Shown here piece after piece: positions 6,971 to 14,932 of a stretch of 28,810 nucleotides of DNA. Location: IMG/VR virus record IMGVR_UViG_3300011439_000510, positions 1 to 28,810 of that record. The stretch is one strand, 5' to 3'. Numbering within the stretch: the stretch's first letter is position 1; every line of letters starts with the position of its first letter. A program made the position numbers and the translations under genes. A model generated the notes under the pieces. That model was not told the origin of the DNA. It was given only the letters and a program-made list of their open reading frames with translations, and made no database searches. Origin of the DNA: a virus (taxonomy: Duplodnaviria; Caudoviricetes).

Positions 6971-7213
6971 ATGACGAAGCGCACGCTGTTTTCTGCACTC
7001 TGCGAGCTTGCAGACGCTCTCCAGGCGGAAGCCGCGCGCCTGGACTTCTCGCCGCACACGCTGGCACTCGAAGCGATTGTCGAGCGCCTGGACGTGCTGA
7101 TTGACCAGGTGCTGGAGGACGGCGTGCAGGATGACGCGCCGCCCGGGCGCCCGGGGGTGGGCCGCTGGACGCTCCCCCCGCGGCCAGCGCCGCCACAGGA
7201 GGACACGCCATGA
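6971..7213 (+). CDS. Hypothetical helical protein
   Basis: GGAGG RBS and ATGA overlap with the next gene. Confidence 0.65.
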   Translation: MTKRTLFSALCELADALQAEAARLDFSPHTLALEAIVERLDVLIDQVLEDGVQDDAPPGRPGVGRWTLPPRPAPPQEDTP

Positions 7214-7530
7214 CCGACACCCCCACTCCCGGTGGAGAACGCCCTATGCCCTTTCTAAGTGCGGTCTGGTATACGCTCCTGTCCTGGCTGTGCTGCGCCT
7301 ACGCCCTGGCGTATTACGTAGGCTGGACGCTGCCGCGTACCGCCTGGCTGCACTACACGGGCCGTATCCCAGCGCCCCCACCGTTGCCCAGACACCTGCC
7401 CGTGCGGCTGCGGGAGCACGGCTGGTGTACGGTGTGCCAGCGGGCCCTGGACGAGGGCGTGGTGCGCTGTGCGGTGCATCCGGAGGCGGAAGTGATGATT
7501 ATTTTCCGCGAGGAGGAGAACGATGCCTGA
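7210..7530 (+). CDS. Hypothetical membrane protein with CxxC...CxxH motif
   Basis: AGGAGG RBS, hydrophobic N-terminal segment, WCTVC...RCAVH. Confidence 0.65.
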   Translation: MTDTPTPGGERPMPFLSAVWYTLLSWLCCAYALAYYVGWTLPRTAWLHYTGRIPAPPPLPRHLPVRLREHGWCTVCQRALDEGVVRCAVHPEAEVMIIFREEENDA

Positions 7531-7648
7531 TACCCCGCGGGGCATCCTCAGCGCGCTGGCCTACATGCTGCTCGGGTGCGTCGTGGGCGTCTACGCCGTG
7601 CTCCACAGAGATTACTTCAAGCGGGCTGTCAGGGAAGGGAAACACTGA
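7523..7648 (+). CDS. 41-aa single-TM peptide
   Basis: Not in the ORF track. MPDTPRGILSALAYMLLGCVVGVYAVLHRDYFKRAVREGKH, with GAGGAG RBS and TGATG coupling to the next gene. Confidence 0.7.
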   Translation: MPDTPRGILSALAYMLLGCVVGVYAVLHRDYFKRAVREGKH

Positions 7649-7827
7649 TGCAACCGGACGAACAGCACGAACGTGAGGGCGCCGCCCGCGAGGCGTGGAT
7701 GGCACGTGAGATACGCGGCGAAGCGCCCCCAGAGCCCTGGCGCCTGTCCTGGAGCAACGTCCTGGTCCTCGTGCTAGGCCTGGCGCTGGCCGTGGGCCTC
7801 TACGCGCTGCACCTGGGGCAATCGTAA
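7648..7827 (+). CDS. 59-aa protein with C-terminal TM helix
   Basis: ATG overlaps the upstream stop; VLVLVLGLALAVGLYAL; TAATG coupling to the next gene. Confidence 0.7.
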   Translation: MQPDEQHEREGAAREAWMAREIRGEAPPEPWRLSWSNVLVLVLGLALAVGLYALHLGQS

Positions 7828-7925
7828 TGTGGCGCGAGAGTCCCAACGCCCCGCGCTTCTTCGTAGCACTCTGGGTCATTGGCCTGTATGGTGTCTTTCT
7901 CTATCTCATCTGGTCAGAGCTTTAA
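7827..7925 (+). CDS. 32-aa single-TM peptide
   Basis: Not in the ORF track. MWRESPNAPRFFVALWVIGLYGVFLYLIWSEL, start overlaps the upstream TAA. Confidence 0.6.
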   Translation: MWRESPNAPRFFVALWVIGLYGVFLYLIWSEL

Positions 7926-7938
7926 TTGGAGGTCCGCT

Positions 7939-9684
7939 ATGCTCCCTATCGGTCGTCACCTGGCCCAGCAGCTGGGACTCCTGGTCTGGAGTCTGCTGAT
8001 CGCCGCGGGGCTGCTGCTCTGCTTCGTGCTGGTTGTCTCCGCCCAACCCGTCTGCACCGCGTATGCCTCGCCGACCGGCTCCGGTTCGACCTGCGCCGAG
8101 TCGTCGCCCTGCACCGTTGGCACCTGGCTCAGTAGTCAGGCGGGTCCTGGCAAGGTCCTGTGCCTCCACGATGGGACCTACACCGGGGAGCAGGGCATGC
8201 TCCAGTTCGCGGCGCGCTCGGGCACCGCGGGCAGCCCGATCACCGTGCGCGCCCTGCACGATGGGGCCGTCACCATTGACGGGCAGCATAGCCGCCGCCC
8301 GCTCGACTGCAACGCCTCGTATATCACCGTGCAGGGACTCGACGTGGCCAACGGCAACGACACCACGCTCGTGCTGCGCGGGCAACACTGCACCGTACAG
8401 CGCGTCGTGGCCTGGGCTGACGCTCCAGACGACGGCGCCATCGAGAATGTGTGCGATGTGGGCGGGGCCCACAACCTCCTCGAAGACAGCGCCTGCCTGG
8501 GGTATGCGCGCAAGACGTTTGCTGCGGGGGCCCGGGGTGGCACCGGCCCGAACACCATTCGCCGCAGCTACCTCGAGTTTCACGGCGCGCCGCCGGGCAG
8601 CGCCCAGGGTAATCCCACCAACGTCCTGGAAATTGGCTACGGCCAATCAAACGTTACCGCTGAAAACGTGATCGTGCGCCGCAATGTCCTGTCGTCTGCC
8701 ACCGAACCGGAAGCGCCGATCATGGCGTTTCAGACGCACGGCTCCGCGCTGCTCGGGTCCATCGCGTTCGCCGCGGCGCAGGATACGGTCGGCGCCAACC
8801 GCATGATGGATATTGTGCCGGATGCGGGGTCGAGTGCGGGCTCCGGCTTCGTGACGAGCACCATGCTGGTACAGGACGTCGCCATCTTCGTCGATCCGGG
8901 GCATACGAATATCAAGAGCTGGCAGATTACCGGGGGCAACGGCTCCACTGGCAACGTCGCCAGGCGCCTGCTGGCGGTCGCCCCGCAGGGCGCCGGCACC
9001 TGCACGGGCGAGGGCTGGAGTTGTACGGAGATGTACGGGGGGACGACACTCGGCGCGGCGCTCGGCTCTAAGACGATCTGGGACACGCTGCCCGGCGTGT
9101 GTAAGCGGGTGGTGAACCGCCAGCTCACGGACGTGGGCCTGTGGCCGCTGCCGATCACGGCGCGGGTCCAGGCCGCGCTCGGGCAGGCGCGCTTGCCCCA
9201 GCGGGACATCCTGGCGGACGTGGAAGCGCGGCTCGGCACGATTCCTGAGAAGTGCCGCAGCGCCAATGGCGGCCCGGGGCCGGAGCCGCCGCCCGGCGTG
9301 CCGGTGCCACCGAGCAGCGTGACGACGGTGCTTCAGGGCACGAACGTGCTGGTGTCGTGGGTGGACACGGTGAACACCGTGCAGACCGGGTATACGCTGG
9401 AGCGCAAGGTCGGGAGCGGGGCGTATGTCGAGCTGACGCAGGCGCCAGGGGCAGCGGCCCGGAGCTATACGGATCAGGCGCCAGGGCCGGGGGCGCAGAA
9501 CTGCTACGTCGTGTATGCGCGGGGGCCAGCAGGGCCAAGCGGCCTGTCGCCGGCGTCGTGTGTCGCGGTGCCAGGGACGCCCATGCCGCCGAGTGCCAGC
9601 CATGTGCCGCTCGCCTGTCACGGGATGGTTGGCGAGGGGGGGAACATGGCGCTCGTGTGTCAGCCGCAAGGCGGACGGCGTTAG
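7939..9684 (+). CDS. Secreted right-handed beta-helix (pectin lyase-like) protein with FN3 domain
   Basis: GGAGG RBS and signal/TM segment. YASPTGSG..C..SSPC, GKVLCLHDGTY, SGTAGSPITVRA..GAVTIDG, YITVQGLDV. PGPEPPP linker, then FN3 (PSSVT...VSWVD...GYTLERK...SYTD...CYVVYA...GPSGLS). Confidence 0.85.
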   Translation: MLPIGRHLAQQLGLLVWSLLIAAGLLLCFVLVVSAQPVCTAYASPTGSGSTCAESSPCTVGTWLSSQAGPGKVLCLHDGTYTGEQGMLQFAARSGTAGSPITVRALHDGAVTIDGQHSRRPLDCNASYITVQGLDVANGNDTTLVLRGQHCTVQRVVAWADAPDDGAIENVCDVGGAHNLLEDSACLGYARKTFAAGARGGTGPNTIRRSYLEFHGAPPGSAQGNPTNVLEIGYGQSNVTAENVIVRRNVLSSATEPEAPIMAFQTHGSALLGSIAFAAAQDTVGANRMMDIVPDAGSSAGSGFVTSTMLVQDVAIFVDPGHTNIKSWQITGGNGSTGNVARRLLAVAPQGAGTCTGEGWSCTEMYGGTTLGAALGSKTIWDTLPGVCKRVVNRQLTDVGLWPLPITARVQAALGQARLPQRDILADVEARLGTIPEKCRSANGGPGPEPPPGVPVPPSSVTTVLQGTNVLVSWVDTVNTVQTGYTLERKVGSGAYVELTQAPGAAARSYTDQAPGPGAQNCYVVYARGPAGPSGLSPASCVAVPGTPMPPSASHVPLACHGMVGEGGNMALVCQPQGGRR

Positions 9685-9766
9685 GACGCGGCGGCTGCGG
9701 GAGGGGCGGCTGCGTCACGCCGGCGGGCAATGCGCAGATGGTCTGCGTGCCGGAAGGCCAGCGGCG

Positions 9767-9979
9767 TTAACCCTCCAGCGTCACAGCCGCCCGCCCGGCC
9801 AGCGCAGCGAGCTGCACGAGCGCCTCACGCACCAGCGCCTTCGTCCGCGGCATCTGCACCGCGCTCCACAGCGCCTCCATCTCCGCCAGGGTCACCGGCG
9901 GGGCCTGGTCCATGGCACGGCGGACGTCGGCGAGAAAGCGCTGGGAGGCGCACGGCGGGCCTTGCGGTGCGTGGGGCAT
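9767..9979 (-). CDS. Hypothetical protein (70 aa)
   Basis: AAAGGA RBS before ATG 9979; last gene of the minus-strand run. Confidence 0.55.
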   Translation of the reverse strand: MPHAPQGPPCASQRFLADVRRAMDQAPPVTLAEMEALWSAVQMPRTKALVREALVQLAALAGRAAVTLEG

Positions 9980-9990
9980 ACGCGGTCCTT

Positions 9991-10236
9991 TCAGCGCTCG
10001 GGGTGGCACTGGGCGAGCGCCAGCCGCAGCTCCTGCATAAATGTCTGCTGCTGGGTAATCAGCCGTTCCGTCAGGGCGTGGTTGCGCTCGACGCAGGTGT
10101 GCATCCACCCGGTCAGCCACCACAGGGAGAGCGCCAGCGCCAGCAAGAGGGCTAAGGAGAGCGCCGGGCCTGCTTGCTGCAGCACGGGGAAGATGAGACG
10201 CAACCAGCCTTGGGCGCGGTCAGGCCCGAGCGCCAC
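9991..10236 (-). CDS. Membrane protein (TM plus coiled coil), holin/lysis-associated candidate
   Basis: AGPALSLALLLALALSLWWL followed by an amphipathic helix; located after the tail genes. Confidence 0.6.
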   Translation of the reverse strand: MALGPDRAQGWLRLIFPVLQQAGPALSLALLLALALSLWWLTGWMHTCVERNHALTERLITQQQTFMQELRLALAQCHPER

Positions 10237-10240
10237 GGCG

Positions 10241-10381
10241 TTAGCGCCCGAGCGGGAGCGCCCGCAGCAGCTCGATGAGGCACAAGATAATGACCGAAAC
10301 CCACAACGGCGCCCGCTGCATGGCCGCCGCCACCGCGGCCACCAGCGCTGCGAGTGCCAGGACGATCGTGACGGTAAGCAT
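10241..10381 (-). CDS. 46-aa two-TM protein, holin-like
   Basis: Not in the ORF track. MLTVTIVLALAALVAAVAAAMQRAPLWVSVIILCLIELLRALPLGR. Confidence 0.65.
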   Translation of the reverse strand: MLTVTIVLALAALVAAVAAAMQRAPLWVSVIILCLIELLRALPLGR

Positions 10382-10436
10382 AGTAATTCATCCTAAACTA
10401 GGATATATTTAAGGTATACTTCCTTTGTGTGGCGCG

Positions 10437-10485
10437 GGCGCCTGGGAGGGCGTCTCGTCGGCCATGTCCTGCCCTCCCAGGCGCC
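10437..10485. other. 15-bp perfect stem-loop just after the tail operon (terminator-like or RNA element)
   Basis: GGCGCCTGGGAGGGC pairs with GCCCTCCCAGGCGCC around a 19-nt loop; no clear U tract. Confidence 0.6.
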
Positions 10486-10487
10486 TG

Positions 10488-11123
10488 TCACCCCACCCCG
10501 ACGATGGGGTCGGCCGTCTCATCAACGACGACAGGCAGTTGGGCTAATTCTGTCGTGCCGTTGCTCTGATACACCGTCAGCGCGTCCGCGTGCGTCGTCG
10601 TGTCGCGCTTATGCCCGGTCGTCATGGCGAGCGCGCCGTAGAGCGAATTGACGTCCAGCGTCTCGCCGTGCGGCGAGGCCTCGATGGCGCTGGTGTGGCG
10701 CCTGGCCAGAATATCGGCCACCTTCTGGCACGCGTCGAGCGCGAGCTGCGCCGCCGTGATGGCACCCACCGCCAGCGTGAGGGCGGGCTGCGGGTCGCTG
10801 GAGAGGAGCACGCGCGCATCCGTGCCGAGCATCAGGGTCGGCTGGATCTGTACGAGGACGTCCTCCCAGACGCCGTCCGGGTCGTGGGCGTAGACGTCCA
10901 CCTGGTTCGCGGTCATCTCGGCTGCAGAGAGCTGTACGCGCACGAGCACCGAGCCCGCCGGCGCCACGGTCGGGAGCGTCACCACGGTGGTCAAGGGGCC
11001 GTGGTCCTTGCTGACGCGCACATCCCCGGAGGCGAGTGGGGGACTCGCGAGCAGCTGGCCGGTCGCCGTCGCGATCAAGGTGAGCGAGAACTCGTAGGCT
11101 CTTGCGCGTATGGGTTCGGGCAT
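10488..11123 (-). CDS. Putative virion-associated protein (211 aa)
   Basis: GAGGAG RBS; beta-rich PPLASGDVRVSKD...LPTVAPAGS..VRVQLSAAEM segment; follows the tail fibre cluster. Confidence 0.7.
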   Translation of the reverse strand: MPEPIRARAYEFSLTLIATATGQLLASPPLASGDVRVSKDHGPLTTVVTLPTVAPAGSVLVRVQLSAAEMTANQVDVYAHDPDGVWEDVLVQIQPTLMLGTDARVLLSSDPQPALTLAVGAITAAQLALDACQKVADILARRHTSAIEASPHGETLDVNSLYGALAMTTGHKRDTTTHADALTVYQSNGTTELAQLPVVVDETADPIVGVG

Positions 11124-11341
11124 ACGGGCTCCTCTGGCGCGGCGCCGTCCGCAGACGGGTCCGCCGGTTCGGGCGTGGACAAGACTTCTTCCAGGACCTG
11201 CACCGCGCCGGCAATCCGCAGCAGCATCTCGCTCAGCGCGGTGCGCCGCGTGTCGAGCTGCGCGAGGGCGTCCTGCCCGGTGGCGAGTTCAGCGCGCAAC
11301 GTGACCAGGCGAGCTTCGGCGGCGGGGCGTAGCGTGCTCAT
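11075..11341 (-). CDS. Small coiled-coil protein
   Basis: RLVTLRAELATGQDALAQLD...LLRIAGAVQVLEE; ATGA-type coupling with the upstream gene. Confidence 0.7.
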   Translation of the reverse strand: MSTLRPAAEARLVTLRAELATGQDALAQLDTRRTALSEMLLRIAGAVQVLEEVLSTPEPADPSADGAAPEEPVCPNPYAQEPTSSRSP

Positions 11342-11625
11342 AGAAAACGCGCCGCGAGCTGGGACAGCGCTGGATAGCCACTCACAATGCCTGGAAGAAT
11401 CACGGTGGTGAGCGCGTACAGCCCATGCTCCACCTGCGTGGTCGTCAAGCCGGAGAGTTCGGGCAGCTCGTCCAAGTCTTCCTGCGTCAGCGTGGTTTTC
11501 ACGCCCTCCTCGCTATCATACAGCTGCGCCAGGGCGGCGAGCTTGGGCTGCAGATCGAGGAGGAGGGTTTTTGCCACGGCAAAGCTTTTGGCCAACGTAT
11601 CGCGTTCCAGTTGTGACATCGGCAT
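11338..11625 (-). CDS. Hypothetical protein downstream of the tail fibre
   Basis: AGGAG RBS, operonic, protein-like composition. Confidence 0.75.
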   Translation of the reverse strand: MPMSQLERDTLAKSFAVAKTLLLDLQPKLAALAQLYDSEEGVKTTLTQEDLDELPELSGLTTTQVEHGLYALTTVILPGIVSGYPALSQLAARFL

Positions 11626-11635
11626 CGCGTCTCTC

Positions 11636-14281
11636 CTACGCCCCGAGGGCGTCTTCTAAGGTGGCAATACGTGTCGTGAGCACCTGCACCTGCGCCGCCA
11701 ACTCCTGGCAGGCCGCGGTGAGCCATGGCACGAGCTTTGAGTGATCCACTTGCTGCGGCTTCACGCTGCCGTCAGGGTTCACGGCGTCCGGTTCGCCCGC
11801 CACCGCCTCCGGCACGACCTGTTGCAGCTCGTGCGCCAGGAAGCCGTGCCCCGTGCTGTCGTCGGCGTTCCACCTGAACGCCACCGGCCGTAGCGCTCGC
11901 ACGCGTTCCAGCGCACCGGCGAGCGTGGCGATGGCGTGCTTGAGGCGCACGTCGGAGGTGGTGTTGTACGCAGTGGAGGTGGCCGTGGTGGAAATACTTC
12001 CAACCGCCGCACCCGCCGCATTGCCAAACACCACGGCGGATCCTGGCCCGCTATCGGCGGTCGGTGTGATATTGAGACCAATATACGTCGAGCGATCATA
12101 CCGTAGCTCCAACGTATGGTTGGGTACTGCGCCTGGCCCGACCGAGATCCGTCCATTGAGCCGTACCAACCCCGTGACATCGAGGGGGTAGCCTGGCGCA
12201 GGATTCTGTATACCGACATTGCCACCAAAATAGCTGGGCGCGTTGCCTGCGCAGCCCACCGCATACCGCCCTGTTCCACCCGCACTATTGAGATACGACT
12301 CATAGCTGACCTGATTATTGCCTGGACGGTCATAGGAGCGGAACCCGTCTGGACTCATGTAGACAAAGCCACCCAGCGCACGAGAAATGGTGAGTCCATC
12401 AACCGTCCCCCCGCCCACTGCCACCGCGCTGGCATCCTGCGTCGCCATGGTGCCGAGCCCCAGCGCCGTGCGCGCCGTCCCCGCCGTGGTGGCGCCGGTG
12501 CCGCCGTCCGTGATGGCGAGCGGCAGCGGCGGGCCGGTGAGCGACGTCCACGCCCCGGCCGTGCGCCCCTCGAAGTCTGTCCCACTCCAGCGCAGCGTGC
12601 CGTCTGTCGTGCCCAGCGCGTTGCCGAGCTTGATGGCGCCATCGACTTCGAGCCGTTCCTGGGTCGTCGCCGTCGCGGCAAGCAGGAGTTGATCGGTGAC
12701 CGTCGCGGGCGACAGCGCCGGGCTCACGCCCGCCGTATAGTCCACGCCGTTGCCACTGTTATAGAGGTCGGTGCGCTCTTGTGTCGTCAGTGTGCGCTTC
12801 CAGAACATGACGTTATCCACGCGCCCTTGCATCGTGGCACTCCCCGACCAGCCGACCTGCCGTCCGACTTCCAGCGGGAAGGTGCTATCGTAGGAGCCCG
12901 CCGCATTGGCGACTTGTACCACGGTGCCATTATTCACCTGGAGATACTGGATATCTAAGGCGGCGTCATACCAGCCCACGACGAAATACCACGTACTGAC
13001 GAGCGGCACGAGACTGCTATATTCGAGATCCACGAAGGTCGAGCCGTTGCCAATGACCCAGCGAAAGCGGTTCTGGCCATGCATCAGATGATACTCGCCC
13101 CCATTGTGGGACACGCTGCTACTCCCCTTGCCGACGATGCCAATCCCCGGTGAGGAGGGAGGGAGGCTGGTGTAGTACACCCAGGCCGCAAGCGTAAAAC
13201 TGCTCGCTCCTGCCGAGAGCGTGGCGCTATCCGCGCTGGAGAGATACGTGCCCGCCGTGCCATTGAAGCTGACGGCCTGGCCGGTCTTCCCCGCCGCATT
13301 GGTGATCTGGGCCACCGTCCCCTGGGGCACAAGCGCCTGCGCGCTGACGCTATCGAGGCGATTCCCCGAGGCGTCTTCCAGGCGCCACCAGGCCAGCAGG
13401 CCGCTGTAGTAGGACGGTATCGCGGGCGCCGTGCGCGTCCACAGCGTGTCCCCGCCGCCCGCTGGCGTCGTCCATGCCCCGGTGCCATCGAGGTACTCGG
13501 TCGCCGTGCCCGAGAGTTTCCTGAGCAGGCCGTGCGCCGTCGTGGAGGCATTGGCGGTCGTCACGTCCATCAGGCTGAGCTTCGCCTCGGTCATGCTGGC
13601 GTCCTTCACCATCGCGCTCAGACTCGGCATGGCATCGTCATACGCCAGAGCAATCGTCGCCGTATCGAGCAGCATCGCGCCCACGGCATCCTGTGCCTGT
13701 TCATCCGTATAACTTGTCCCCGTGGGCGGCACCGCCCAGGTCGCATCCCCGCGCAAGAACTGCGTCGTGCCGCCCGGCGCTTTCGGCGTCAGGCCGTGGG
13801 CGGTGGTGGAGACATTGGCGGTCGTGACATCCGTGAAGGCGAGATCCAGATCACGGACCGTCAGCGTGTTGCTGGCGCCCGCGATCGTTTTCCCCGTCAG
13901 CGTCTGGGTGTCCGTCGTGCCGACCACGGCCCCGGTCGGCGCGGCCACGGTGCCGAGCACGCCGTTCGTGAGGCGGGCCAGGCCCGAGCCGGTGCCGCGC
14001 TTCAGGAGCTTGCCGCTGGCCCCATCAAACACCACCAGTTCGGTATCCACCGAGAGCCCGGTACTGGAGCTGACATCGCCGCCTCCCCCACCGCCACCAG
14101 GGGGCACGGCCCAGGTCTTATCGGCGCGCAGGAACGTGCTCGTGCCGCCGGGCGCCGTGAGCTGGGCGAGATCGCCGAGTTCGAGCGTGGCGCGCGCGCC
14201 GGCCGGCGTCGTGGCGTCGGTGCCGCCGCGCGAGAGCGGAAGGGGTACGGGGACTTGAGGACGGGTGATGGTGAGGGACAT
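11636..14281 (-). CDS. Tail fibre/spike with LamG (ConA-like) domain and C-terminal S74 intramolecular chaperone
   Basis: Start MSLTITRP at 14281 (GAGGAGG RBS). GGT.ATT...AR..L.LG fibre repeats, LamG (LLAWWRLED...SFTLAAWV...WYFVVGWYD...GRVDNVMFWKRTLT) and autocleavage motif YNTTSDVRLK...LRPVAFRW...HGFLAHELQ. Confidence 0.92.
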   Translation of the reverse strand: MSLTITRPQVPVPLPLSRGGTDATTPAGARATLELGDLAQLTAPGGTSTFLRADKTWAVPPGGGGGGGDVSSSTGLSVDTELVVFDGASGKLLKRGTGSGLARLTNGVLGTVAAPTGAVVGTTDTQTLTGKTIAGASNTLTVRDLDLAFTDVTTANVSTTAHGLTPKAPGGTTQFLRGDATWAVPPTGTSYTDEQAQDAVGAMLLDTATIALAYDDAMPSLSAMVKDASMTEAKLSLMDVTTANASTTAHGLLRKLSGTATEYLDGTGAWTTPAGGGDTLWTRTAPAIPSYYSGLLAWWRLEDASGNRLDSVSAQALVPQGTVAQITNAAGKTGQAVSFNGTAGTYLSSADSATLSAGASSFTLAAWVYYTSLPPSSPGIGIVGKGSSSVSHNGGEYHLMHGQNRFRWVIGNGSTFVDLEYSSLVPLVSTWYFVVGWYDAALDIQYLQVNNGTVVQVANAAGSYDSTFPLEVGRQVGWSGSATMQGRVDNVMFWKRTLTTQERTDLYNSGNGVDYTAGVSPALSPATVTDQLLLAATATTQERLEVDGAIKLGNALGTTDGTLRWSGTDFEGRTAGAWTSLTGPPLPLAITDGGTGATTAGTARTALGLGTMATQDASAVAVGGGTVDGLTISRALGGFVYMSPDGFRSYDRPGNNQVSYESYLNSAGGTGRYAVGCAGNAPSYFGGNVGIQNPAPGYPLDVTGLVRLNGRISVGPGAVPNHTLELRYDRSTYIGLNITPTADSGPGSAVVFGNAAGAAVGSISTTATSTAYNTTSDVRLKHAIATLAGALERVRALRPVAFRWNADDSTGHGFLAHELQQVVPEAVAGEPDAVNPDGSVKPQQVDHSKLVPWLTAACQELAAQVQVLTTRIATLEDALGA

Positions 14282-14294
14282 AGGCGCTACCTCC

Positions 14295-14924
14295 TCAAAT
14301 TTCTTCGCACTGGCTCTGGTCGAAGCGACAATCCCCGTTTCCCGTGAGATAGGCCATGGGCCCTTCCCCGGCCGAGGACTGGAGCAGCACCCCTGGCTCC
14401 TGCACAATCGGCTGGGCCACCAGGTCGGTATAGTCGAGCGCGCGGCCGATCGCGAGACGCAGCGCCGTCCCGAACGACGACTCGGAGAGCCACTGCAGCT
14501 GCAGCCCCAGCGTCTCGCCAAAGGCCATGGGGAGCGTCGTGGTTTGCAGCACCGTCAGCAGACTCCCAAACCCCGCCGTGGCTTTCACCAGGCGCACCTC
14601 CCAGGTCTCCGGCGCCTCGCCGACCACGAGCAGCGCGGCGTACGCGGTGCCGCTCGTGCCCGTCACATCGTCCTGCGAGGTGGCGCCGTAGACGCCGTAC
14701 ATATCCTGCCCTGCCAGCCCGGTGACCGGCTGCACCAGCGTCGTGACGCGGCCCTGGCGAAACCCCCGGTTGCTCGCCTGCGCCCAGCGGCCCTGGATCG
14801 CGCCAGGGGCATCGGGCGAGCCGACCAGACGCAGGGAGCCGCTGCCCACGACCGGGGCCGCGACATCCAGGTAGGACTGCTGGGTGACGTGGGCGTAGAA
14901 AAATTCCCAGTCCGCGTATGGCAC
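14295..14924 (-). CDS. Tail-tip-associated beta-rich protein (209 aa)
   Basis: AGGAG RBS with GTG start; lies between the hub-like genes and the fibre. Confidence 0.7.
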   Translation of the reverse strand: MPYADWEFFYAHVTQQSYLDVAAPVVGSGSLRLVGSPDAPGAIQGRWAQASNRGFRQGRVTTLVQPVTGLAGQDMYGVYGATSQDDVTGTSGTAYAALLVVGEAPETWEVRLVKATAGFGSLLTVLQTTTLPMAFGETLGLQLQWLSESSFGTALRLAIGRALDYTDLVAQPIVQEPGVLLQSSAGEGPMAYLTGNGDCRFDQSQCEEI

Positions 14925-14932
14925 CGCGTCTC

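Noticed and set aside
14282-14521. N-terminal extension of the tail fibre ORF
   Set aside because: It overlaps 14295-14924, and a strong RBS precedes ATG 14281.
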